Shown here in pieces: positions 10,023-18,948 of a stretch of 42,313 nt of DNA. The stretch covers positions 1-42,313 of the forward strand of contig CACXDY010000350.1 in assembly GCA_902766505.1 (NCBI GenBank), in the 5' to 3' direction. The stretch's first letter is position 1. Each line of letters begins with the position of its first letter. The notes under the pieces are model-generated. The model searched no databases. It saw only the letters and a program-made list of their open reading frames with translations, and was not told the DNA's origin. Source of the stretch: an uncultured Prevotellaceae bacterium. Its GTDB lineage: Bacteria > Bacteroidota > Bacteroidia > Bacteroidales > Bacteroidaceae. The position numbers and the translations under genes are program-made.

Positions 10023-11532
10023 GGTCGTCTCTCTTTCTGTCGTTGCGTCTTTGGTCATTACGCCGGTCACCGCCTTTCTTCCATCTGCCCTCACCGCGGC
10101 TGCCGAAGTCCTTGTTTCTTGATGGACGACGGTCTCCCTTGCGGCGGTCATCATGGAAACTGCGGCCTTTCTTCTCTGACTCATCACGGTCATCACGGCG
10201 ACGGGGAGGACGCTCCTCGTGCTTGAATCCCGTAATCTCACGACTGTGGAACGTAAACGTGCGGATGTCGCCTTCTTCATTGCTGACTTCATCCTCTTCA
10301 AGACGTTGTTTGAAATCGCGGTGCTTTTTGAAACGGTGTTTTTCCGACATGACACGGATTTCCTCTTTCGTCTTCACCACACCGCCTTCACTGCGGAATG
10401 CTTTCAACTTGCCATCGAAAATCATGTACTTGCGGAACTCGCATTCCAATGAGCCATTGTAGACCGGATACTTGATGGATGGGCGGAGACCTATCTCCTC
10501 GAAACATTCCTCACGGTAACTCAGTATCCATGCCTCATTGCCTACGAAGGCATGCTTCAACTTTTCACCTATCATCCGGTAGGTTCCTAACAAGTCTGGA
10601 GTGGAGATGCGCTCACCGTATGGTGGGTTGGTCACCATGATACTCTTTTCTGCTGGTTGCGTGAAATCCTTGAAGTCTGCCTGCTCCACACTGATACAAG
10701 AGGTGAAACCTGCTGCCCTGACATTGAGACGGGCGGTGTTCACACTCTTGATGTCCACATCATATCCGTAGATGTGATGGGCAAATTCACGCTCCTTGCT
10801 GTCGTCGTTGTATATCATGTCGAACAACTCTGCATCGAAGTCATTCCATTTCTCAAAGGCATAACTCTTGCGGAATACACCTGGAGAGATGTTGCGGGCT
10901 ATCAGGGCTGCTTCTATCAGAAGGGTGCCTGAACCGCACATCGGGTCGATGAAGTCGCAGTCGCCTTTCCAACCTGTCATAAGTATCATACCGGCTGCCA
11001 ACACCTCATTGAGTGGTGCTTCTACTGATTCTTGACGGTAACCACGCCTGTGAAGTGACTCGCCGCTGGAATCAAGACTTAGCGTCCCGTCTTCATCCGA
11101 GATGTGTATGTGAAGACGTATGTCAGGGTTGGTGACGGAAATGTTAGGACGGGTGCCAGTGCGCTCGCGGAATTGATCCACAATGGCATCCTTTACCTTG
11201 TAGGCAACAAATTTGGAGTGGCGGAATTCATCGGAAAACACCACGGAGTCTACTGCAAAAGTTTTGTTGTTGTCAAGATAGATTGACCAGTCCACCTTAG
11301 ATACTTCATTGTATACGTCGTCTGCACTTCTGGCCTTGAAATGGATAATGGGCTTGAGAATGCGGATGGCTGTGTGTAATTGAAAGTTGGCTCTGTATAA
11401 CAACTCTTTGTCACCCTTAAAAGACACCATACGGCGACCTATCTGCACATCGTTTGCACCAAGCTCTGTCAGTTCTTGCGCCAAAATGGGTTCCAGCCCC
11501 ATGAATGTTTTGGCAATGATTTCAAATTCCAT
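10012..11532 (-). CDS. rlmL: THUMP-domain class I SAM-dependent RNA methyltransferase (RlmL-like, 23S m2G2445)
   Basis: LDSSGESLHRRGYR, APLNEVLAAG, DPMCGSGT, TNPPYGER; charged low-complexity C-terminal tail. Confidence 0.88.
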   Translation of the reverse strand: MEFEIIAKTFMGLEPILAQELTELGANDVQIGRRMVSFKGDKELLYRANFQLHTAIRILKPIIHFKARSADDVYNEVSKVDWSIYLDNNKTFAVDSVVFSDEFRHSKFVAYKVKDAIVDQFRERTGTRPNISVTNPDIRLHIHISDEDGTLSLDSSGESLHRRGYRQESVEAPLNEVLAAGMILMTGWKGDCDFIDPMCGSGTLLIEAALIARNISPGVFRKSYAFEKWNDFDAELFDMIYNDDSKEREFAHHIYGYDVDIKSVNTARLNVRAAGFTSCISVEQADFKDFTQPAEKSIMVTNPPYGERISTPDLLGTYRMIGEKLKHAFVGNEAWILSYREECFEEIGLRPSIKYPVYNGSLECEFRKYMIFDGKLKAFRSEGGVVKTKEEIRVMSEKHRFKKHRDFKQRLEEDEVSNEEGDIRTFTFHSREITGFKHEERPPRRRDDRDESEKKGRSFHDDRRKGDRRPSRNKDFGSRGEGRWKKGGDRRNDQRRNDRKRDDHDE

Positions 11533-11609
11533 TTTCTATTAATTGTTCAAAATCTTAATGATGGCGGGCTGAATTGTCGGTTCTTACCCTTACATCATTC
11601 AATCCGCTG

Positions 11610-11617
11610 CAAAGTTA
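11610..11617 (-). promoter_or_regulatory. -7 element (TAACTTTG) for the rlmL-ptpA-purD-...-znuC operon
   Basis: TAnnTTTG followed by CA, about 78 nt upstream of the rlmL ATG. Confidence 0.65.
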
Positions 11618-11737
11618 CTCATTATTATGGAGAAATCCTTGTTTTTCCAATTACTATTTCAGACTTTCTTCGCTTTATTTGGAAAAATCTGCCCACAATT
11701 TATCAAAACCTCTTTCCCGGAAACACGAAAAACAGAT

Positions 11738-12124
11738 TCACAATGAAAAATGATACGTGGCAATGCCCCAAATGGCGATGATGATGAGTTGATGAAGGAG
11801 TTGGTCCATCCCGTAAACAATCCAATAGGGCTTTTGGTGATTGTCGGCCAATTTGGGGTAGGCATGGGTTAACCGACCTTTGGTCGTGTCGATAACAAAA
11901 TGTGAAATAAATTCCAATAAAAAGAGACCTAAAAGAAGTTGGATGGTTGTGCCAAAGATAATAAGGCAGATTCCCATCAGAAAAGCATGAATGGATGCGT
12001 GCAATATGATGGGAAACAAAGTTCTGCCATCCGACTTCGCAACTATCATGGAACGGGTAGTAAAACAGAAGTCTGCTAAATAATGGCTGAGAAACAAGGC
12101 TGCGAGCAAGATGATTCCTGTCAT
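11738..12124 (-). CDS. DUF3307 family membrane protein
   Basis: Motifs SHYLADF, HASIH, SHFVID, DQLLH. ATG at 12124; an alternative TTG at 12136 overlaps the wzi stop. Confidence 0.8.
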   Translation of the reverse strand: MTGIILLAALFLSHYLADFCFTTRSMIVAKSDGRTLFPIILHASIHAFLMGICLIIFGTTIQLLLGLFLLEFISHFVIDTTKGRLTHAYPKLADNHQKPYWIVYGMDQLLHQLIIIAIWGIATYHFSL

Positions 12125-12132
12125 GATTTTTC

Positions 12133-13662
12133 TCAATTGAATGGTATTCGACGGGCAAGCGTGACTTGACCACCAATATTGTCTCCTGTCCAGTAACTAT
12201 GGTCGTAACCGAATGCGCATTTGATGCTCCAGTCGTGGAGCACGTTGTTGGTGGGGAAGGCATATTTGCATTCCGCCAGGAAATATCTGCCGTATTCAGG
12301 CTTCGTGGTGGGGTCATCGTATGTGCCGAACCCTTGTTGCCATGTGGCAAGGATACGATAACTCATGCCCGGCAACGGCGTGCCGCCAATGCCTATGTGC
12401 CAGGCGGAAAAACGGTTGTTGAGCACACGGATGGTTCCATCTTCATTGTAGATGGGGGAGCGGTAGAGTGGATTGCCCTGTACTTGCCCCCAGTGCTGCC
12501 ATCCCGTATGGATGTAATGATTGTAATAGTTGTCTCGTCCTGCCACATGGTCTGACAAGTGGGGTGTACGGTCATGATAGACGGGACCGCTTTGGTGTTT
12601 GGAATAGATATACTCACAGACCAGATGGTTTACCCAACGCTGACGCTTCAAACGGACTTCTGCACCCAGCATCATGTCACGGAGATGATATAGAAACCAA
12701 CGGCTTTTTTCCCAATCATTATAATGCTCTCCCTCACCATAACCGTCGTATTCAAAGAAAAGCATCTGGGAACTGTCTTCGAAAAAATGGTCGCCATAGA
12801 TGCCGGCATTCCACGTGGGCTGGTCGATGTTCAGACGGAGCACATAGCTGCCCAAATGGTTGCCCTCCTTGTTCTTGTAATCTCCTTCTTCCTTGTCTCC
12901 TCCTGCAGGTACAAAAGCGTGAAGGAATCCCAGAAAACCACCATCGTTTTCAAGAATGCTTTCCTTGCCCGTGGAAAACTGATGGGAACGGCCTCCGAAA
13001 AGACAACCCATCTCAAGGCCTATCTCCATGGTGACAGCCCGCCGTGGATTGCCGACGCGAATATAGCCCGATTTCGTGTGTATCAAGGTGTGCTCTGTGT
13101 ATTTGGATTGTTGATGGGTAAAATCCTTTTGCCAACGGTCGTCTGTCTGAATGCCATAGGCCATGTGTGCTTTTAGTGCTACCAAACCTCGGGTGTAAGG
13201 GACTGTCCAATAGTCTTTTAACTCTAATCTGACGGAAGGGACAGGACGGGAATTGATACCCAATGTCTGAGAACCGCTGCTTAGCTCATTGCTCTTCAAC
13301 TGCAGAGGTTGTTCCTTGCTGCCAATAGTGAGTAATCCATGACGCCATCTTGCCTCGGCATAGGCTTGGTGTATCACCATGGTGCTGGTGAAATGATGGG
13401 CTACTGCCACATCGGCTCCCCAACCAAACTCAAAATCACGGGTGCTGTCGTTGGAAACCGGATGATATAGATGGGCACGGAGATATCCGTTTGTCTTCTC
13501 CAAACTGCTGAGACCATATTTGTTGGCTTGAAGCCAAAATGGGGTGTGGTCACCCGATGAGACGGTGGCCTGAGTCTCTACATCCAAAGTGGTCTGTCCT
13601 GAGACAAGTGATGAACTCAATCCCAGGATGATGGTCAGCAGGTTGCGGAGAATTCTGTTCAT
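12133..13662 (-). CDS. Capsule assembly Wzi family outer-membrane beta-barrel
   Basis: Signal peptide ending VSG-Q. Motifs TPFWLQANKYGL, ELSSGS..GINSRPVP, GNHLGS, DNYYNH..Y..GWQHWG...GNPL, NNRFSAWHIG. Confidence 0.78.
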   Translation of the reverse strand: MNRILRNLLTIILGLSSSLVSGQTTLDVETQATVSSGDHTPFWLQANKYGLSSLEKTNGYLRAHLYHPVSNDSTRDFEFGWGADVAVAHHFTSTMVIHQAYAEARWRHGLLTIGSKEQPLQLKSNELSSGSQTLGINSRPVPSVRLELKDYWTVPYTRGLVALKAHMAYGIQTDDRWQKDFTHQQSKYTEHTLIHTKSGYIRVGNPRRAVTMEIGLEMGCLFGGRSHQFSTGKESILENDGGFLGFLHAFVPAGGDKEEGDYKNKEGNHLGSYVLRLNIDQPTWNAGIYGDHFFEDSSQMLFFEYDGYGEGEHYNDWEKSRWFLYHLRDMMLGAEVRLKRQRWVNHLVCEYIYSKHQSGPVYHDRTPHLSDHVAGRDNYYNHYIHTGWQHWGQVQGNPLYRSPIYNEDGTIRVLNNRFSAWHIGIGGTPLPGMSYRILATWQQGFGTYDDPTTKPEYGRYFLAECKYAFPTNNVLHDWSIKCAFGYDHSYWTGDNIGGQVTLARRIPFN

Positions 13663-14609
13663 TGGGTGATGACTTCTGAGTAACGGTTGATGAATCGGCT
13701 GAAAGGACGGATTCGCATCAGTAGCTGCTCAAAAATCAGAATACCCAAAATAGCGGTGCCTATGCCGAGCAGTACGTCGATGACATAGTGATGGCAGGAG
13801 TACACGGCTGTCCACCAGATACCCAGGGTGATGAATGCAAACAACAGGATGAGCAGCTTCGAGCGATGGCTCATGATGGCATAAATCGTCGTAATGAGCA
13901 TATAGGAGGCATGAAGGGATGGCACTGCCGCAAATATGTTGGCATTGCCATTGTAGATGTTGGCAAAGATGGGAAGACCCACCAACTCATCGAACCGGCC
14001 AAGACCGGCAACATTGCCGGGCGTGTTGAAAATGGGTTCGAAACCGTAGTTGATGGCATACCATGGTGGTGCCGCCGGATGGATGTAATAGCCGCAAAAA
14101 CCAATGAGATTGACAAAGAGGAAAACAATCGAGAAATGTAAATACGTCTTGTAGTCTTTCTTCAGATATAGCCATATGCCGAATGCTATAGGTACCGGTA
14201 CCCAGCATAGATAGAAAATACCTGCCATCAAATCGGCAAAGGGGGCATGATGGATGTTGAAAAACTCACAGGGGGTAAGAGTCGTTCCACCATTCGTGAT
14301 GCCGAAAAGGCTGGCCTCTGCTTCATAAAGACCTCGAATGTCTATCGGGTTGACTTTATAGTTCGGATAAAGCCGCATCCAGTCATAACTCACCCCAAAC
14401 GCCACGAATGGCAACAGGGCAATGGCCAACTTGCGGGTGGATTGATGGGCAAAGAATAGCAGGTTGAACAATCCGACAATCAACAAGTGCAAGGGGGTAA
14501 TATCCACAAACAATCCCTGAAACAAGAGATAGAGAATGGAGAGCGACAATTCTACAATGGTCTCCACCCGACCGGGAGCTTGCCAATGTGTGTTCTTAGT
14601 GCTGGCCAT
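13659..14609 (-). CDS. AUR1/inositol-phosphorylceramide-synthase-like PAP2 family protein
   Basis: PAAPPWY, AAVPSLH and HHYVIDV supply the His/His/Asp triad; multiple TM helices. Confidence 0.85.
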   Translation of the reverse strand: MASTKNTHWQAPGRVETIVELSLSILYLLFQGLFVDITPLHLLIVGLFNLLFFAHQSTRKLAIALLPFVAFGVSYDWMRLYPNYKVNPIDIRGLYEAEASLFGITNGGTTLTPCEFFNIHHAPFADLMAGIFYLCWVPVPIAFGIWLYLKKDYKTYLHFSIVFLFVNLIGFCGYYIHPAAPPWYAINYGFEPIFNTPGNVAGLGRFDELVGLPIFANIYNGNANIFAAVPSLHASYMLITTIYAIMSHRSKLLILLFAFITLGIWWTAVYSCHHYVIDVLLGIGTAILGILIFEQLLMRIRPFSRFINRYSEVITQ

Positions 14610-15255
14610 CTTGTTTGCTTAATACCTTGTAGCAATGGGCAATGCGCCAAAAAGCGGTTAGATTGGCTAATAGGGCAATCAGTATCATACCTCCGGCAAG
14701 CCACCAAAGGTTGCCGGTAGCACCCGACACAATGGCGGCCAAGGCTGTTACAACTACTCGCTCAGGGCGCTGCATAAGTCCCACCTTGCATTCTATGCCA
14801 AGGCCTTCGGCACGTGCACGGACATAACTCACCATGACGGAACCTACCATGGCAGCAAAAGTGGTCACACCCAGCCAAAACCATCCTGACTGTATAAAAA
14901 CCAGACAGATGCCGAATAGTGTTACCAATTCACTATACCGGTCAAGGGTGGAATCCCACAATGCACCAAATACTGTTGACATGCCTCCAAGACGTGCCAA
15001 ACGGCCGTCCATCATGTCGAACAGTCCTGCAAGAAGAATGACCACTCCTCCCCAGCAAAGGAGGGAGAAGGCTACTTCCTGCTTGCCGCTTTGCATATCC
15101 AATGCAGCGGCAATAAATAGACAAGTTGCACCAATGTTGCCTAAAAAACCGAGCGTGGTTGTCAGGTTGGGCGTGATGCCTATTCGTATCATCGCCTTGA
15201 TGAGCGGATTGATGATGACGTAGATGAATTTTTGAATGATTGTCCTATAATCCAT
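14596..15255 (-). CDS. CDP-alcohol phosphatidyltransferase (phosphatidylinositol-phosphate synthase-like)
   Basis: Signature DMMDGRLAR..GALWDSTLDR, plus ITPN, SYVRARAEGLG and RPER. Confidence 0.9.
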   Translation of the reverse strand: MDYRTIIQKFIYVIINPLIKAMIRIGITPNLTTTLGFLGNIGATCLFIAAALDMQSGKQEVAFSLLCWGGVVILLAGLFDMMDGRLARLGGMSTVFGALWDSTLDRYSELVTLFGICLVFIQSGWFWLGVTTFAAMVGSVMVSYVRARAEGLGIECKVGLMQRPERVVVTALAAIVSGATGNLWWLAGGMILIALLANLTAFWRIAHCYKVLSKQDGQH

Positions 15256-15264
15256 GTCTAATTC

Positions 15265-15708
15265 TTAATTGTTGTCTTTTTTGTGATGTGTGGGGTGGAT
15301 CAAATGTTGGTCCTTGTAGACAAAAAGCCTTTGTAACTGATAGTTCCACAATAGGGCTACGGCTATACTCACAAGGGCCTTGGCAAAGATGAAATGATGG
15401 CCCGACATCTCGGTGAACAGATAGGTGCCGCCGGTGTTGAGAAGGATGCTGCCTACCCAGACTAATAGATATTTGATGGCTACATAACGCTTGGCCTGAC
15501 CGTCCGAACCGAATACCCAACGGTAGTTGATGACACAGTTGCATATACCGCCCGATACCGCTCCGAGAAATGAAGCTCCGACATACCATAAACCAAACAG
15601 TTCGGCCAAAAGAAGGGATACGCTGAAATCGACGACAGTGGCGGTTTGTGCCGACAACTGGGCTTTCAAAAACAACCATATTTCTTTCTTCAGACCTTTA
15701 ATGTTCAT
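15265..15708 (-). CDS. GtrA family small membrane protein (putative flippase)
   Basis: Start reassigned to the ATG at 15708 (ATGA overlap with the pgpA-like stop). Four TM segments; ATVVDF, INYRWVF, WNYQLQRLFVY. Confidence 0.82.
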   Translation of the reverse strand: MNIKGLKKEIWLFLKAQLSAQTATVVDFSVSLLLAELFGLWYVGASFLGAVSGGICNCVINYRWVFGSDGQAKRYVAIKYLLVWVGSILLNTGGTYLFTEMSGHHFIFAKALVSIAVALLWNYQLQRLFVYKDQHLIHPTHHKKDNN

Positions 15709-16199
15709 TTCAACAGAGAGTATGCTTGGACTATGACGAAAAGAACAATGGCTGAGTAGATGCCGGCAATAATGTCGTCGAACATTACCCAAAATGCTCC
15801 TTTCTTCCGGTCGATGGCTCGAATACCCAAGGGCTTCAATATGTCGAAAAATCGGAAAAGTAATAGCGACAAAAGGGCCGTGAGACCACTTGTTGCCAAC
15901 AAGAGAGGTATCCAAACTCCTACCATTTCATCAACGACTACCCGATGGGGGTCGTCACCCCAATAGGGTGTCAGTTTTGAGGTGGCCCATGTTCCTAACA
16001 GGGTGAAAATCAAAATGAGGGCTGCTGTGACCACAACTAAGGTAAACGGACTGAGATACATCCAAAGCACATACCATATCGCTGTGGCTAAGATGGCACC
16101 TGCCGTCCCTGGACCCCATGGGAAGAAACCAGAACCCAGCCCCGTTCCTATCATTACAGGTAGAAAAGGAGGATGTATCTTTGATTGTTCGTTTGCCAT
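15705..16199 (-). CDS. pgpA: Phosphatidylglycerophosphatase A family (probable PIP phosphatase in this context)
   Basis: GLGSGFFPWGPGTAG, DPHRVVVDEMVG, FRFFDILKP, DDIIAG; ATG at 16199. Confidence 0.88.
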   Translation of the reverse strand: MANEQSKIHPPFLPVMIGTGLGSGFFPWGPGTAGAILATAIWYVLWMYLSPFTLVVVTAALILIFTLLGTWATSKLTPYWGDDPHRVVVDEMVGVWIPLLLATSGLTALLSLLLFRFFDILKPLGIRAIDRKKGAFWVMFDDIIAGIYSAIVLFVIVQAYSLLK

Positions 16200-16208
16200 A
16201 CTAATGTG

Positions 16209-16216
16209 CAAAATTA
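16209..16216 (-). promoter_or_regulatory. -7 element (TAATTTTG) for the lipid operon
   Basis: TAnnTTTG+CA ending 9 nt before the pgpA ATG. Confidence 0.6.
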
Positions 16217-16310
16217 AACCATTTTATTTAATTTCGTCCGCTCTTCGAATAAAAAAAATTAAAAACTAAAAAATAATATGCAGTTTTGGCTCAATCTTAT
16301 AAGTATTCAG

Positions 16311-16318
16311 TAACTTTG
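16311..16318 (+). promoter_or_regulatory. -7 element (TAACTTTG) for the DUF5686 pair
   Basis: TAnnTTTG+CA, with an upstream TTTG at 16285-16288; 30 nt before the TTG start. Confidence 0.65.
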
Positions 16319-16347
16319 CACCCCAAATTCATTATTTGATTTAAAAA

Positions 16348-18897
16348 TTGAAAAGGTTATTAGTTTTTATTTGCATAGCAATCTTTTTTTCTTTAGGCAT
16401 CCATGCTCAAATTACTGGCGAGATAATTGATGAAGCCAATGGGGAACCAATTCCCTTTGCCAGTGCAGTTTATCGTGGAAATAAAGTGGCTGTTTCAAGC
16501 GATGCAGAAGGAAAATTTTCGGTTGACAGACATAATGGATGGAGACTTACCATCAGTTCTGTGGGCTATGTGCCACAGGTCATCAACATCACTTCCTCTA
16601 CACCTAACCATCTGGTCATCAAACTAAAGTCGGATACAAAAAAACTGGATGAGTTCACATACAAGAAAAAAAGGTCTTCTAAATACAGCAGGAAAAATAA
16701 TCCCGCTGTGGAGTTGATGAAAAAAGTCATCGCTTCGAAAAAGCACACCGACCTGAAAAATCATGACTTCTGCCAGTATAACAATTATCAGAAAATCACT
16801 CTGGCTCTCAATGATTTGACTCCAGAGGACTTGGAGTCAAAGGTCTTCAAAAAGCATTCCTGGTTGCTCAATCAGGTGGAGGTGTGTCAGTATAATGAGA
16901 AACTGATTCTACCAGTCTCGGTAGATGAAATGCTGGTGCAGAAACTCTACCGCAAAGACCCCCAAACTGAAAAGAGCATTATAAAGGGACAAAACTCGAC
17001 CGGAATCAATGACCTTTTCCAGACGGGTGATGTGCTCACAACAGTGCTCAAGGATGTCTTTACGGATGTGGATATCTATGAGGACCAGGTACGACTGTTC
17101 CAATATCCTTTCACAAGTCCTATTGGTAAGGATGCCATCCAGTTCTACAGGTTTTATATCACCGACACTCTTTTCCTTGGAAATGACAAGTGTTTCTTGC
17201 TGGATTTCACCCCCAACAACCAGCAAGACTTTGGATTCCGGGGACAACTGTATGTCATGGCCGACTCTTCCTATCAGGTGAAACGCTGTGAACTGACGAT
17301 TCCCAAAACCAGTGATGTCAACTGGGTGGAGAATATGAAATGTATCCAGGAGTTCAACCAACTTCCCAACGGGGAGTGGGTGCTCAATATCGATGATATG
17401 TTCGTTGAACTGAAAATGGCGAAATTCATCTCCAAATTCATTGTCATACGTACAACACGACGAACCGACTTCTCATTCGAGGAGATTGCCAAACCTCTGT
17501 TGAGAGGTAAAAAAGACGTGTTGAAGGATGCTTATGCCGAGATGCGGGGGGATGACTTCTGGAAAGAGTACAGACAGGTGGAACTCACCACAAGTGAAAA
17601 CTCCATTGATGCGTTTATCAAACATGTGGAGGAACTGAAAGGGTTCAAATATATTGTATTTGGCTTGAAGGCGTTGATTGAGAACTTCGTAGAAACTGGC
17701 TCTAAGGAACACCCAAGTAAGATTGACATCGGACCGGTCAACACGATTGTCTCACAAAACTTCTATGATAAGTGGAGACTCAGGGCCAGTGCACAGACAA
17801 CAGCCAATTTGCATCCGCATATTTTCTTGAAGGGATATGTGGCAAGAGGTATGGTGTCGAAACAAAACTATTATGACGCACAGTTCATCTACACGTTCAA
17901 CAAACCTGGCTATCTGCCAAGGGAATTCCCCAAACAAGCCATCACTGTCCAGTCGATGAGGGATGTGGCTTTGCCGTCGGATAAGTTCATACAGACGGAT
18001 AAGGACAATATGTTCACCTCGTTCAAGGTGCATCCTATCAACAAGATGTTCCTGTATAACCGGCAGGCTGTATATTTCGATTATGAGCAGGAATGGGGAT
18101 TCAAGGTGTTTGCTGAGGCTAAGACCGAGAAGGTGCAACCCATCGGGGAAATCGCTTTCGAGCGCCTCTCCGACCATGAACTGTTACCCTCGCTCAGATA
18201 TACTGAAGCAACCTTTGGATTAAGGTATGCACCTGGAGAGACCTTCATCAACACCAAACAGCATAGATGGCCGCTCAATCTGGATGCCCCGGTGTTCCGG
18301 TTGCAGCATACCATGGGATTCAAAGGTGTCCTGGGGGGAAAATACCGTTACAATTTCACGGAGGGTGAATTCTATAAACGCGTTTGGATTCCGATGAACT
18401 GGGGTAAGTTGGATACCAGAATCAAGTTTGGTGCACAGTGGAACCAGGTTCCTTATCCTTTGCTGATTATGCCTGTGGCCAATCTCGGTTACATTCTTGA
18501 GGACCAGACTTTCAACCTTATCAACAACATGGAGTTCCTCAACGACCGCTATGCCTCTGCCATGTTGGACTGGGACCTCAATGGCAAAATATTCATCCGC
18601 ATCCCATTCCTTCACAAATTGAAGTGGAGAGAATGGATTGGGGTGAAGTGTCTCTGGGGTAAATTGACGACCAAGAACAATCCGTATCTTCATCGTAATG
18701 AGAACAGTTCTATCCTCATGGCTTTCCCCGAAGGATGTTATGTCATGGACTGGAAAACTCCTTACGTGGAGGCTTCATTTGGTATTCATAATATTCTCAA
18801 ACTTGTGCATGTTGAGTATGTGAGAAGATTCACTTACCTCAATTTGCCGACAGCAAGCAAGTGGGGAGTGAGGTTTACTATTAGGACGACTTTTTAA
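16348..18897 (+). CDS. DUF5686 + carboxypeptidase-regulatory-like domain outer-membrane protein, paralog 1
   Basis: TTG start, signal peptide ending IHA-Q. N-terminal G.IID...GEPIPFAS domain, YSRKNNPAVELMKKV, beta-rich C-terminal half ending in Phe (RTTF). Confidence 0.8.
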   Translation: MKRLLVFICIAIFFSLGIHAQITGEIIDEANGEPIPFASAVYRGNKVAVSSDAEGKFSVDRHNGWRLTISSVGYVPQVINITSSTPNHLVIKLKSDTKKLDEFTYKKKRSSKYSRKNNPAVELMKKVIASKKHTDLKNHDFCQYNNYQKITLALNDLTPEDLESKVFKKHSWLLNQVEVCQYNEKLILPVSVDEMLVQKLYRKDPQTEKSIIKGQNSTGINDLFQTGDVLTTVLKDVFTDVDIYEDQVRLFQYPFTSPIGKDAIQFYRFYITDTLFLGNDKCFLLDFTPNNQQDFGFRGQLYVMADSSYQVKRCELTIPKTSDVNWVENMKCIQEFNQLPNGEWVLNIDDMFVELKMAKFISKFIVIRTTRRTDFSFEEIAKPLLRGKKDVLKDAYAEMRGDDFWKEYRQVELTTSENSIDAFIKHVEELKGFKYIVFGLKALIENFVETGSKEHPSKIDIGPVNTIVSQNFYDKWRLRASAQTTANLHPHIFLKGYVARGMVSKQNYYDAQFIYTFNKPGYLPREFPKQAITVQSMRDVALPSDKFIQTDKDNMFTSFKVHPINKMFLYNRQAVYFDYEQEWGFKVFAEAKTEKVQPIGEIAFERLSDHELLPSLRYTEATFGLRYAPGETFINTKQHRWPLNLDAPVFRLQHTMGFKGVLGGKYRYNFTEGEFYKRVWIPMNWGKLDTRIKFGAQWNQVPYPLLIMPVANLGYILEDQTFNLINNMEFLNDRYASAMLDWDLNGKIFIRIPFLHKLKWREWIGVKCLWGKLTTKNNPYLHRNENSSILMAFPEGCYVMDWKTPYVEASFGIHNILKLVHVEYVRRFTYLNLPTASKWGVRFTIRTTF

Positions 18898-18948
18898 CTA
18901 CTTGAATTCTCAATTGGTATGATACTGCGCAGCGTTTGCAGTTCCTTG

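Noticed and set aside
10023-10355. 111-codon N-terminal extension of the peptidase ORF
   Set aside because: It lies inside the repetitive 3' end of rlmL in another frame; a clean signal peptide starts at 10022.
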